Below, piece by piece: positions 9,502 through 18,750 of a stretch of DNA of 31,011 bases. Below the pieces are notes generated by a model. That model ran no database searches, was not told where the DNA came from, and was given only the letters and a program-made list of their open reading frames with translations. The stretch's first letter is position 1. Each line of letters opens with the position of its first letter. Both the position numbers and the translations under genes were made by a program. Source of the DNA: a virus (Duplodnaviria > Caudoviricetes); the IMG/VR virus record IMGVR_UViG_3300048861_000023, positions 1 to 31,011 of that record. The stretch is one strand, 5' to 3'.

Positions 9502-10095
9502 TCACGTCACCGCAGAGGCTGCAGAAGACTGAGCGGTCGTAGGGGTTTGCGGCTGGACGCTGCCGCCGTTCTGGGCATCAGCGCCGCTCGCCTGTGCAGT
9601 ATTGGTGAATGCGGCGGCCGGCGCAACGCGGATCTGAACCAACGAGAGATCGACCGTCAGCAGCCCTACGCCGTTGGTCGACGTGCGCCGGTAGTCGTAA
9701 TGACTGATGTTGACGTTCTGATACACCGCATCTGGCATAACAACATCGTAAAGTGCTAGCGATGCAGCCATTGCATCGATCGCTGCCAGAAATTCCGCCC
9801 GGGCAGACTCAGTGCCGCCCTTGGTCATCCGCACATGAACGTCGTAAGGTGTCGTCACCTTGTTGTACGACTGGAAGGCCCCATTCTCCATCGGATAGTT
9901 TGGGATCTGCCAGTCGCGTTTGAAATCCACGCTGACAATGGAGTCAGGGACAATCACGAACACACCGTTTTGTGCGATTCCCCAGGACGGCCCGGCGAAC
10001 AGTCCAAGGATGAGCTGCGCGTCGGAGGCCAGAAGCGACACCGTATTGGTGACGCTCGCGACCTTGTTCAGCAATGAGGGAATGCCGCTTGCCAT
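9502..10095 (-). CDS. Baseplate/tail tube initiator (Dit-like N-terminal) protein
   Basis: Motifs IPNYPMENGAFQSYNKV and LYDVVMPDAVYQNVNI..YDY; follows the tape measure gene with TGATG overlap. Confidence 0.75.
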   Translation of the reverse strand: MASGIPSLLNKVASVTNTVSLLASDAQLILGLFAGPSWGIAQNGVFVIVPDSIVSVDFKRDWQIPNYPMENGAFQSYNKVTTPYDVHVRMTKGGTESARAEFLAAIDAMAASLALYDVVMPDAVYQNVNISHYDYRRTSTNGVGLLTVDLSLVQIRVAPAAAFTNTAQASGADAQNGGSVQPQTPTTAQSSAASAVT

Positions 10096-12149
10096 CAGAT
10101 GAGCCCAGTGTTGGATTGTGCGGCAAACGAATATTTTTTGATCGCCGGTCCGATGTCCTTCGCGATACCCTGGGCATCGGTGGCCTGCGTCTGCACGTTA
10201 ATCTGTGCGATCTTGACGTCGTTACTCGTCTTCGATGCCCCACCTGCTGCCTGCGATCGCGCCATCTGCAGCGCGCGTGTCATGTCGGCGACCGAAATGG
10301 ATGCCTTGTTGTTGCCAACTCCGGCGTAATAGCTTTTGCCCGTGGAAGGATCGGCAACGCTTGCCCACTCCATCGAAGCCGCCTTGATAGCTGCTCCGAT
10401 GTCGTTGCTTTTACCGTTGACGTAATCGCCGATCTGCTTGCGCTTGTTGCCGATCAGGTATTGCTGGAAGATCCTGTCCTGCGTGGCGCTATCAAATTTC
10501 TCGTTACCACTCAATCCGAGCGTCTTCACAGCATCAGAAAGCGTGCTTCCAATCACCTGATAGCGACCTGCCGCATTGAACTGGCCGGACTTCTGCGCGG
10601 CCATAACCTGAGCGACAGTCATATTCGCGAGATCTGCCGTGCTCGCCTTGTAGCCACCACGCGCGCCAAGATTGACACTGTTGTAGTCGCCTTCGCCGCG
10701 GCTGATCAGATCTGCCAGTGCTGATGGTTTGGTCGGCTGCCCTGAAGATGATGCAGTTGGTGGTGAGGCCGGTGCGTCAGTTGACGGCGCACTTTCTGGT
10801 GAATGCTTTCCGGTGATCGCATCCCAGACAGCATGAGCGCGACCCCTGACCCAATCAAAGGCTACCGAGAAGGCGGTCTTGAACGCAGCCAAGATGGCTG
10901 GGCCGAGATTCTTGATCAAGCCTACCCAGTCGGTGAAGTACTTGCCGAGATCGCCGACCAGTGCCTGCCATGCCTTGGCAATATCGTCACCGTTGCCGGT
11001 GAAAAGCGCGACTACCAACTTGAGTAGATCTTCGATACCCGCCACCCAGTCGGTGAAGATCGACTTGAGTGACGTGAAGACTGGCTCGACCACGCTGGAT
11101 ATCGAATTCCACTTATCGGCGAAAAACTGCCAGAAGCCGCCGAAGGCTGACCGACCTCCGTCAACCCACGTCTTCCAGTCGTCGTAGAGTACTGCGATAG
11201 CGGCCACCGCGACGCCGATTCCTGCTGCGAGTGCCGCGATACCGGCCACAGGTGCGGCAAGCGCTATGGCGAATGCCCCGACCGCTGCTGCCAGCCCAAT
11301 AAACATCGCTTCGACCATCGGCCGATGCGTAGCAGCCCACTCGGAGAGTTTCAGCAGCGCTTTGCCGAGCATCTGGATGTACGGCGACAGGGATGTGAGG
11401 ATTTTCCTCCCCAGATCCGTCGATGCCTGACCCAGTGCTCGCCACGCGGCCTGAAGCTGTTGCGCAGACTTCGCATCCGCTTCATTGGTGACGCCAATCT
11501 TCTGCTGCTGCGCAAGCAATGCCTGAACAGCCTGCCGGCCTTGCATCAGGACATTGATCGTCCCTTCGTCGTAGCCCATACCGGCGCCAAGTGCCTGCGC
11601 GCGTGCGGGGTCCATGCCCTTGAATGCATCCGACGCCATCAGCAGACGTTCGCTGGAAGTGGTGGCCTTGTCGAAATACTTGGCGATATTGATGCCTGAC
11701 ATAGCCAGGCTTTGCAGGACTTGCGCTCCCGGTGTACCAGCAATTGCAATCTGCTGCATCTGCGACGACATGTTCTTCAGCGTGCCGGTGATGCCAGCCG
11801 CCGAACCGCCCGCGCGCTCAGCCACTCCCTGCCATGCGGACAGGGAATCTGTCGACATACCGATGTTCTTCGCTACGCGACCAACGGCCGCGTCTGCGGA
11901 TACAACATCAGACACGAACGATGACAACCCCTTGCCGGCAGTGAATACCGCGAACAGCCCGACAACCTGATTTTTGATCTGGCCGAAGAACTGGGCAGCC
12001 TGTTTGCCCCGAGCCTCAAGTTCCTTAGCAGTGCGCGTGGCCTCGTCGCTCGTCTTCTTCATGGCCGTCGTCGCATCCTTCTGGCCTTTTGTAAAGCCGG
12101 ACGCGTCGAGGCCAAGTGCCACGACAAGGGAATCGATCAGAGTTGCCAC
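10095..12149 (-). CDS. Tape measure protein with C-terminal lambda-lysozyme-like muramidase domain
   Basis: N-terminus (M)ATLIDSLVVALGLD; Ala-rich helical body with hydrophobic segment and W-spaced repeats; C-terminal ISRGEGDYN...AAGRYQVI..TL...FD..TQD. Confidence 0.9.
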   Translation of the reverse strand: MATLIDSLVVALGLDASGFTKGQKDATTAMKKTSDEATRTAKELEARGKQAAQFFGQIKNQVVGLFAVFTAGKGLSSFVSDVVSADAAVGRVAKNIGMSTDSLSAWQGVAERAGGSAAGITGTLKNMSSQMQQIAIAGTPGAQVLQSLAMSGINIAKYFDKATTSSERLLMASDAFKGMDPARAQALGAGMGYDEGTINVLMQGRQAVQALLAQQQKIGVTNEADAKSAQQLQAAWRALGQASTDLGRKILTSLSPYIQMLGKALLKLSEWAATHRPMVEAMFIGLAAAVGAFAIALAAPVAGIAALAAGIGVAVAAIAVLYDDWKTWVDGGRSAFGGFWQFFADKWNSISSVVEPVFTSLKSIFTDWVAGIEDLLKLVVALFTGNGDDIAKAWQALVGDLGKYFTDWVGLIKNLGPAILAAFKTAFSVAFDWVRGRAHAVWDAITGKHSPESAPSTDAPASPPTASSSGQPTKPSALADLISRGEGDYNSVNLGARGGYKASTADLANMTVAQVMAAQKSGQFNAAGRYQVIGSTLSDAVKTLGLSGNEKFDSATQDRIFQQYLIGNKRKQIGDYVNGKSNDIGAAIKAASMEWASVADPSTGKSYYAGVGNNKASISVADMTRALQMARSQAAGGASKTSNDVKIAQINVQTQATDAQGIAKDIGPAIKKYSFAAQSNTGLI

Positions 12150-12152
12150 AGA

Positions 12153-12383
12153 TTAATCCTCGGATTGCTGCGCGATGCGCTTGTTGTGGGCGTCTACCGC
12201 GATGATTTCGAGCAGATCGTAGACGTCCTCCATGCCGAGCACGGTCTCGAGTTCCGCCATCGTTGCAAGCCTGGCCGAAATGACCGCGCCTATCGTTGAA
12301 GGGACGTTCACGTAGTCTGCAAACTGCCGCCCGTCGCCCGCATCGATGTACAGATTTAGCGGGCGACGGGCATAGAAAAATCC
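12153..12383 (-). CDS. Tail assembly chaperone, -1 frameshift extension (lambda gpGT-like)
   Basis: The -1 frame is open from slippery GGATTTT (12377-12383) to TAA at 12153: FYARRPLNLYIDAGDGRQFADYVNVPSTIGAVISARLATMAELETVLGMEDVYDLLEIIAVDAHNKRIAQQSED. Not in the ORF track. Confidence 0.75.
   Translation of the reverse strand, partial: GFFYARRPLNLYIDAGDGRQFADYVNVPSTIGAVISARLATMAELETVLGMEDVYDLLEIIAVDAHNKRIAQQSED
12329..12383 (-). promoter_or_regulatory. Programmed -1 frameshift signal: slippery heptamer plus perfect 13-bp hairpin
   Basis: G GAT TTT, 5-nt spacer, GCCCGTCGCCCGC-(17 nt)-GCGGGCGACGGGC. Confidence 0.75.
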
Positions 12384-12778
12384 GTGTGCAAGGCGAACAG
12401 TTCCTTGCGCAGCGTCAGACGGGTCTTGATTTCTTCGATGTCGTCGTCGATCAGCGGGCCCACGCCGCCGAAGCCGCGCTTGACTGCGGGTCGCGAGGCG
12501 TCTGGAATGAATGACACCATCGCGAACATCTCATCGAGCAACGGCTCGGCGTCTTCGAACCGAAGACCTGAGAACGCCTTGATGCCGAGTGCAGCCACAC
12601 CCGCGAGACCGGACGTCGCGATGTCATCGGGCACTTCGACGCCGGATTTCGCCAGCGCGAGCAATGCGCGGAAAGCCCACTTCTCAGACTGGCTCGGCGA
12701 CATTTCCGTTATCGTGAACATCTTCCCCTGATCGCGGCCTTCCGATTCGATGACGATTGTTCTGGTTTTTCGTCCCAT
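12356..12778 (-). CDS. Tail assembly chaperone (gpG-like)
   Basis: MGRKTRTIVIESEGRDQGKMFTITEM...EKWAFRALLAL; ATG overlaps the tube stop (TAATG); lies between tube and tape measure. Confidence 0.82.
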   Translation of the reverse strand: MGRKTRTIVIESEGRDQGKMFTITEMSPSQSEKWAFRALLALAKSGVEVPDDIATSGLAGVAALGIKAFSGLRFEDAEPLLDEMFAMVSFIPDASRPAVKRGFGGVGPLIDDDIEEIKTRLTLRKELFALHTDFSMPVAR

Positions 12779-13209
12779 TACGTCGGCACTCCAATAACGA
12801 CATTCCACTTGATCTGGAACTTCCGCGGCTGCAGGACTTTTTTCGCCTCAGCAAGCGGGGTGTAGTTCGACAGCACACCGCGCGTCAGGGTGTAAGCCTT
12901 GCTGACGGCGGGCTGAACCACTGTGCCAAAAGCAAAATAGGCATCCTGCGCGGCTTCCTCTGCTGCGTACCATGCCTCGAAGAAGTCGTTCGATGCGCTA
13001 TCCGCCTGGAGCGTGACCGACATCGTCTTGATCTGTGGAATCCAGCCGGCCGACATCACGCCGTCTGCGCCGAGAACAACTTCCTTGTTCTCGACAGACT
13101 CCATGGAATACATGTCGTCGGCGCCGAACCCCTGCAATTGCTGGGGCACGGTGTAGAGCCCGGTCACGCCGATCATGAGGACCGAGTTTGCACTAGTGAT
13201 ACTGGACAT
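12778..13209 (-). CDS. Tail tube protein
   Basis: 143 aa after the sheath; ITSANS...LQGFGADD...GADGVMSAG...LQADSAS. Confidence 0.85.
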   Translation of the reverse strand: MSSITSANSVLMIGVTGLYTVPQQLQGFGADDMYSMESVENKEVVLGADGVMSAGWIPQIKTMSVTLQADSASNDFFEAWYAAEEAAQDAYFAFGTVVQPAVSKAYTLTRGVLSNYTPLAEAKKVLQPRKFQIKWNVVIGVPT

Positions 13210-13223
13210 TGTTTAGGCTCCCT

Positions 13224-14942
13224 TTACTGGACTTCGACCGACGAGACGTTGATGGACTGGATCGACCCGCCGTCGACGTACCAGAAGGTGATTGGCGGCG
13301 ATGAACGTGCCGCGCGCACCGATGCGCTTGCTGCGAGAACCTGCAGGAAATACCCCTGCGATTGCAATGTGCTGGCGATACTCGCGCCGGCGGCATTGTT
13401 GACCTCAGCAATCTCCGCTGCCGAGAGCGTTACGTTCGTGTCGTACATGCCGAACGTGCCTGCAGCTGTGATCGGGTCTTGCATCGCAGCACTGACGAGT
13501 GCGTAGCCTGCCGCGTCGTACGGAATGCTCTTGACGTTCGTGAGCAGTTCCATCAGCGCGAGCTGGAACGAGTTGTTGAGCCAGATCTGGTTGACGAAGG
13601 CGTCGGCCCAGGTGAAAACACCGCTGACCGAGCCCGGATACAGGAAGACGAAGCTGTCGTTGGCCGTTGCGTACGAGCCGTAGAAGTTGTAGCCATTCGC
13701 GATCAGGTTGGCCGCAACAGTCTGGTTCGTGACCGTTGCCGTCAGGCCAGACTGGGCCTTGAACGCAAACGTGATGCGCCCGTTCGTCTCGGTGAAAGCG
13801 ATCGATGCCGCGGCGCCACACACAAACGCTGCCGTCTGCATGTTGTTGTAGACGAGCATCGTGCCCGAGATGGCCGCCTGTTTGATCAGGTACCCGAGGC
13901 TGGAGGTTGCGCTGGTGGAGAGCGTCGGCGTGACATCCGTATCCCAGCACACGTACATGTAGTCGTTGTTCTGCTGGCCGTTCCACGTCGCGAAAAGCAA
14001 CTTTTGCGCGTTGCCCGAACCGTTGTCTGGATCGAACAGCGTCGTGAACGTTGCCCAGTTCGTCGTCTGGGTCACTATGGCGCTCATTGCAGCAGCAGGC
14101 GTAGCTGCAGCCGCGCCCTGCGATAGCACCGCGCCGGTCGCCGACGTCAGCAGAAGGGATGCGGAAATCGTGCCGGTCGCATAGGCCGCCGTCGAAGTCA
14201 CGCCAGTGCTGCCCGACGTGATTGAGTAGGCACCCGACGTGCTGTCATAGGCGACAGTGAGGGCAGGTGCGGTAGCCGTGATTGACCCGCTCGCTACCGT
14301 CTGCGAGGCGCTCACCGTGTATGTGCCGACGCCGCCCGCCCCCGTCAAGATCGCCGTGATGGTGGTTCCTGCCGTCACGCCGGTGCCGGAAAGCACACTG
14401 CCAACCTGCAGGGCGCCCGACGTTACAGCAGTAACCGTCAGCGTCGTGGCGGCAATCGAGCCAGTCACCACGCCCGCAGTCGGCTTCGTGGCATTCAGCC
14501 CCGTCGAGATTAGCGTGGCGCCAGACGAAAAACTGGTCGCGCTCGACAGGTTGATCGATGCTGCTGAGTAGGTGTAGCCATCCATGACAACCGAAAGCGA
14601 TCCGGAGAGCGCCTGAAGCTGTGCAAGCGTCAGCGACGAGATGGCGCCGCCACGCAAATAGGCCGCAACTGCTGCGGTGTTGTACTGCGAGAACAGCATG
14701 GCTGCTGGCAGAGCGTTGCTGCCGGTGAAGCCCGCGAAATAGATCGCCGCAGCAGCCGCTTCGGTCGATGTGGCGCCAAAGTAGGTGGCGACATTTGCGG
14801 ACGACGCGAACGACAACACTGTGCCGGTCGGCACGCGGGTGTTCGTCGTGAGAAACAGGCCGCTCAAGTCCAGCGCCGAACCGCCCGCGCTAATCACGCT
14901 CGGAATCACACTGACTATTGCGGAGGCCGGGATCGATGCCAT
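13224..14942 (-). CDS. Contractile tail sheath protein (DUF3383-like)
   Basis: [64 protein letters not shown]; RBS GGAG. Confidence 0.92.
   Translation of the reverse strand: MASIPASAIVSVIPSVISAGGSALDLSGLFLTTNTRVPTGTVLSFASSANVATYFGATSTEAAAAAIYFAGFTGSNALPAAMLFSQYNTAAVAAYLRGGAISSLTLAQLQALSGSLSVVMDGYTYSAASINLSSATSFSSGATLISTGLNATKPTAGVVTGSIAATTLTVTAVTSGALQVGSVLSGTGVTAGTTITAILTGAGGVGTYTVSASQTVASGSITATAPALTVAYDSTSGAYSITSGSTGVTSTAAYATGTISASLLLTSATGAVLSQGAAAATPAAAMSAIVTQTTNWATFTTLFDPDNGSGNAQKLLFATWNGQQNNDYMYVCWDTDVTPTLSTSATSSLGYLIKQAAISGTMLVYNNMQTAAFVCGAAASIAFTETNGRITFAFKAQSGLTATVTNQTVAANLIANGYNFYGSYATANDSFVFLYPGSVSGVFTWADAFVNQIWLNNSFQLALMELLTNVKSIPYDAAGYALVSAAMQDPITAAGTFGMYDTNVTLSAAEIAEVNNAAGASIASTLQSQGYFLQVLAASASVRAARSSPPITFWYVDGGSIQSINVSSVEVQ
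14277..14474 (-). repeat. 66-codon virion module, copy 3 (in sheath)
   Basis: [66 protein letters not shown]. Confidence 0.9.
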
Positions 14943-14958
14943 TTGTGCTCCAGAAATG

Positions 14959-15015
14959 AAAAAGCCGCCCGGGTAGGCGGCTCAGAAACAAAAAACCCGG
15001 CGCGGCGGCCGGGTT
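14959..15015 (-). terminator. Two tandem intrinsic terminators upstream of the sheath gene
   Basis: Minus strand AACCCGGC...GCCGGGTTTTTT (14990-15015) and AGCCGCC...GGCGGCTTTTT (14959-14982). Confidence 0.75.
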
Positions 15016-15033
15016 AGGTGAGGTTGGGTGCGC

Positions 15034-15744
15034 CTAGAGAGGCGCCTTGGTCGTGGCGACGAGTTCGTCAGCGAACTGCTGGGGCACAGTCAGGATCGGG
15101 TTGCACTGAAGTACCGCATCAACGACCCATCTGTTTTCTACCTGCTGCTCGCCGTTGGTGAAAGGCATCTGGCGGGGATCATTTGCATACAGCGGTGTTA
15201 CATCAAAACCACTCGATGCAAAAAGATCAGTTGCATATTCGTCGCGCAGCAGCGTCGTGATGATCTGCGCGTTATCTGGACTAGCGGGTCCGTGAATATC
15301 AATCTGCACTGTGACCTGGACCGGCTGGAGAACGGAACGCGTGCCTGACGAAAGCACCTGGCTTGCGATGGTCTGCGAAGGGGAGACGGTATAGGTTCCG
15401 ACACCTCCAGATCCAGAGACGACAGCCTTGACCACGGTGCCGGCCGTGACGCCCACGCCAAACACCGGATCGCCGACTGCGATGGTTCCGAATGACACGC
15501 CGGTCACCGTCATCACTGAGCCAGCGATCGATCCCGTATAGGACACGTCATCGTATGCGGCGACGTTGGTTTCAAGACGGGTGCGCAGCATCGGCGTCAT
15601 AACGACGAAATCATCGCCATCCGGCTCGCTGACGCGGTTGTCCTGCCCGCGGATAACTTCAATTCCGGCGGGCAGCACGGACAGCAGGAATGAGCGCAGA
15701 GCCGTAAGCGTCTGACTTTCGGACAGGCTAAGAGGTGCGCTCAT
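15034..15744 (-). CDS. Tail completion/neck (tail terminator-like) protein
   Basis: EVIRGQDNRV.EP, VQIDIHGP, TTLLRD..A, PLYANDPRQMPF; ATGA overlap with the upstream gene at 15741-15744. Confidence 0.78.
   Translation of the reverse strand: MSAPLSLSESQTLTALRSFLLSVLPAGIEVIRGQDNRVSEPDGDDFVVMTPMLRTRLETNVAAYDDVSYTGSIAGSVMTVTGVSFGTIAVGDPVFGVGVTAGTVVKAVVSGSGGVGTYTVSPSQTIASQVLSSGTRSVLQPVQVTVQIDIHGPASPDNAQIITTLLRDEYATDLFASSGFDVTPLYANDPRQMPFTNGEQQVENRWVVDAVLQCNPILTVPQQFADELVATTKAPL
15349..15546 (-). repeat. 66-codon virion module, copy 4 (in tail completion protein; most diverged)
   Basis: [66 protein letters not shown]. Confidence 0.85.
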
Positions 15745-16124
15745 TTTCCGTTCTGTTTGACTACGGCCACTTTGACCCAGCCGCCAGTCATGTGCCAGTT
15801 TTCGAGTTGCATCACAACGAGCCACGTTGACCCATCAGGCATGACTGCGAGATCGCCGCCTTCCTTCGAGGACCGGACAACTGCCTGCCAGTCACCGTTG
15901 ATATACAGGGCGCGTTTCTCGCCGTTCAGATTCAGACCGTCAACCTGCATCAGGTCTTTGTATCCCATCGGCTGCATCTGCACCTGGGTCGGCACGGGTG
16001 AGCCATAGGCCGGCACGCGCGAACCATCATCTGCGGTCTCGTAACCCTGAGAGGGCGAAAGATCAGCGGTTACCCAAGGATTGACAGCGGCGACGATTGG
16101 CCCGGCGATTGAATTGAGGTTCAT
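15741..16124 (-). CDS. Head closure/head-tail connector protein
   Basis: MNLNSIA...VNP, VQMQP...DL.QVDGLN, GGDL...WLVV..LENW; position in the neck module. Confidence 0.72.
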   Translation of the reverse strand: MNLNSIAGPIVAAVNPWVTADLSPSQGYETADDGSRVPAYGSPVPTQVQMQPMGYKDLMQVDGLNLNGEKRALYINGDWQAVVRSSKEGGDLAVMPDGSTWLVVMQLENWHMTGGWVKVAVVKQNGK

Positions 16125-16705
16125 TTCGTTTGGACTTCTGAGCCGGTGCTGTTCTGCATGTGGGCGCTGTCAACGAGCGGCTTGTCGAAACCTTTCTTTG
16201 CGATGGTCGATTTGGCGTTGCCTGGATCGCTGAAATCCCGTATGGATTCCTGAAGCTGCTCTTCCACATGCTTTCCAAGACGCTCGAGCGCGACATCCGA
16301 GTCGTAGTCGGCGGCCTTAATGATATTGCCCAGGTCTACGGGCCATTCATGCTTATGCTGCTGGATCATCCCGCGAAAAAACGGGCGGGGAGGCGTGGTA
16401 ATCGTGTATTCGTCGACGTGGTGCATGGTCGAGAAATTGGCTTTCTCAGCCTTCACAAACTTTCCGCCCTTGTTGAACTCGCCATTGGCCTTGATGCTGC
16501 GGTTGATCGTTACGTCATGGGCGGGAACGGTTGCCGTTCCGCCGTACTCATTGATCGCAGCGATCTGCGCAACAGCTGTGCCGTCTGGGTAGGTTGAGCC
16601 TTCCAGGAAGCCGACGTGCACCGTGTTGGCCTTTCCAACTCTCTCGGCAATTTCGCGCAGCTTCGCTTCTAGCGCAGAACCGCCAGAGAACGCTTTGGCT
16701 ACCAT
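16121..16705 (-). CDS. Virion morphogenesis/neck protein (Mu gpG-like)
   Basis: VHVGFLEGSTYPDG..VAQIAAINEYG, PPRPFFR, NAKSTIAKKGFDKPLVDS; ATG at 16705. Confidence 0.8.
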   Translation of the reverse strand: MVAKAFSGGSALEAKLREIAERVGKANTVHVGFLEGSTYPDGTAVAQIAAINEYGGTATVPAHDVTINRSIKANGEFNKGGKFVKAEKANFSTMHHVDEYTITTPPRPFFRGMIQQHKHEWPVDLGNIIKAADYDSDVALERLGKHVEEQLQESIRDFSDPGNAKSTIAKKGFDKPLVDSAHMQNSTGSEVQTK

Positions 16706-17124
16706 GGTCGATACGGATCGGGGATGTAAGCGGGGCCGGGAATGTATTGCATCGTCCGGTATTGGGCTGTTGCGGCCCAGAAAGCGGCGCCGTACTTGGT
16801 CTGCGCGAACCATTGCGCCGATCCGGGTGGCACGTCCATCTGCGTTGCTACGGTCACGCTGCCCTGTGTCGCATTGGCAATGCGGCCGACCAACGGTGAC
16901 GAAGGCTGCCCATCGATCGGAGCATTAAGCGCCGCGATGTGAGCCGTCACCATGTTCAGCAGGATGGCGCGCTGGCTGGCATCGCGGATCGGGCTGCACG
17001 CTGTGTTGTCGCAATAAAGCTGCGCCTCGAAGAAATACTGCTGCGCGAGCGGCGGCAAGACAGAAGTTGCGAGTTCCGGGTAACGCGCACTCCACGCAGA
17101 GTAGTCAAACGAGACGATTGACAC
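16699..17124 (-). CDS. Head-tail adaptor (DUF4054-like)
   Basis: RYPEL, LLNMVTAHIAAL, VGRIANATQGSVTV, WFAQTKYGAAFW. Confidence 0.82.
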   Translation of the reverse strand: MSIVSFDYSAWSARYPELATSVLPPLAQQYFFEAQLYCDNTACSPIRDASQRAILLNMVTAHIAALNAPIDGQPSSPLVGRIANATQGSVTVATQMDVPPGSAQWFAQTKYGAAFWAATAQYRTMQYIPGPAYIPDPYRPW

Positions 17125-17126
17125 GA

Positions 17127-17552
17127 TCAGTTCTTCTTCATCAGGTCAGATTGGGTGACGCCCTTAGGCAACTTCTTCGGATCGAGCCGCTCGAGGCCCG
17201 AGCGCACATCGCGCTTTTCTTTCGATTCCGCCTCGGCGTTGACCGACTTGTCGTGCGCGAAGATCAGGTTGTTACGGACGGCGTCGAGTTCCTGATTCTG
17301 GGCAAGCCACGCGTCCCAGAAATCTTTGTCGACGTTCGGCGTGAGCGCATAGCCGCCGATGATCTGGGCATCAGGCGCCATGTTCTGGGCATGCGACCAG
17401 CCCTTTAGCGTCACACTCTTCGGCATTTCTCTGGCTACCTTGACGGTGCGATAGCCGCCGCCGAGGATGGGCTCTTGCGAGTCGACCATATTGAAGAGGC
17501 GGAGCTTGAGTCCGTGGGGAAGCTTGCAAGCAACGGTAACAGTGCCGGGCAT
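17127..17552 (-). CDS. Conserved phage protein downstream of capsid
   Basis: TVTVACKLPHGL, GGYALTPNVDKDFWDAWL, SGLERLDP; RBS GGAG. Confidence 0.75.
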   Translation of the reverse strand: MPGTVTVACKLPHGLKLRLFNMVDSQEPILGGGYRTVKVAREMPKSVTLKGWSHAQNMAPDAQIIGGYALTPNVDKDFWDAWLAQNQELDAVRNNLIFAHDKSVNAEAESKEKRDVRSGLERLDPKKLPKGVTQSDLMKKN

Positions 17553-17579
17553 GGTGATACTCCAGAAAGATTATTTTCG

Positions 17580-17620
17580 AAAAAGAGAAGGGCGCCTGAA
17601 TTGCTTCGAGGCGCCCTTCT
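17580..17620 (-). terminator. Intrinsic terminator after the major capsid gene
   Basis: AGAAGGGCGCCT...AGGCGCCCTTCT stem followed by CTTTTT on the minus strand. Confidence 0.75.
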
Positions 17621-17662
17621 TGAAAAGACCACCAGGGGAAGTGGCCTTGCTGGATCTACTAC

Positions 17663-18733
17663 TTAGACGCCGAGCATCTGCGAGATCGCAAACGGCTGAC
17701 GGATCACTGCGCCGAACGAGCCCTGCGTCATCTTCTGGCGGAAGCTCGACAGATCGCGAACGATCGGGCTGGCGCGCAGCTTTTCGTTGAACGCGCAGTA
17801 GCCCGTATCCTGACCTTCGACCGAATCGGCGATCAGCTGAACGACCTCGCCGGCAGCCGAACCTTGCGGGTTCTGTGCCGAGAGTGCGCCGTACTGGACC
17901 GCGGTCTTGACCGTCAGGTTCGGGAAGTTCTTCTTCAGCAGGTCGCTGACGTTCACGTTGTATTGGTTCGTGGCCGTCAAAGCCACTTCCGAAACCGGCG
18001 ACATCGACAACGTCATCTTCGCCTTCTGGTCGATGTTGCCCGACGACTGCACTACGAGCTGGATGAAGAGCGCCTGAATGTCGGCGTAGACTTCATTCGC
18101 CGTCGCGTTGATCACGCCGTTCAGAATCCACTTCACACCGCCCGCTGCTTTCGTTGCAGGCGAGATCGGCGCCGACAGGCTCGGATCGTTCAACAGGCCA
18201 TAGTTCTGCAGGCCAGCGACGCCATAAAAGTACGTCAGGTTCTGGAACTTGTTCAGGTTGATGATCGACGACTGCTTGAGTTCAGCAGCCCAGCCGATCT
18301 TCGCGAGGCCCGCGCGCTCCATTTCCAGATCGCCGTATTCGACGACGGTCTGATACAGATACGACTCGCGTTGCGGGAAGTTCGTGTTTGCACCCGAACG
18401 GCCGTCAGCCGAGAAGTCGCCGTAGCTCGACACTTCACCGGTGTGCTCCACGACCGGGAACATCGCAACCGCGTCAACGAACGAGCCCTTGCGGACTTCG
18501 CCGAAGATGTCGGCTGCCGCGTTCTTCGCGGTCAGGATCTGAAGAACGTCCGGATCGACGAAGGTGGAGAGGAACGCGGGAATACCGCTGTTGGTCGTGG
18601 TGACCAGCGTCGGTTGCGCGTCCATGGCCATGCCGAAGTCGGATTTCCATTCCGGCTTGAGAAAATCGACCGAGCCCGGGAACGTGATGCCCCACTCGCG
18701 CTCGAATACTGCCAAATCTTGATTGCGTTGCAT
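17663..18733 (-). CDS. Major capsid protein (DUF2184-like)
   Basis: AMDAQPTL, IPAFLSTFVDP, YFYGVAGLQNYGLLNDPSL, LLKKNFPNL; 356 aa, followed by a terminator. Confidence 0.9.
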   Translation of the reverse strand: MQRNQDLAVFEREWGITFPGSVDFLKPEWKSDFGMAMDAQPTLVTTTNSGIPAFLSTFVDPDVLQILTAKNAAADIFGEVRKGSFVDAVAMFPVVEHTGEVSSYGDFSADGRSGANTNFPQRESYLYQTVVEYGDLEMERAGLAKIGWAAELKQSSIINLNKFQNLTYFYGVAGLQNYGLLNDPSLSAPISPATKAAGGVKWILNGVINATANEVYADIQALFIQLVVQSSGNIDQKAKMTLSMSPVSEVALTATNQYNVNVSDLLKKNFPNLTVKTAVQYGALSAQNPQGSAAGEVVQLIADSVEGQDTGYCAFNEKLRASPIVRDLSSFRQKMTQGSFGAVIRQPFAISQMLGV

Positions 18734-18750
18734 GATTGATTACCTTTGGC

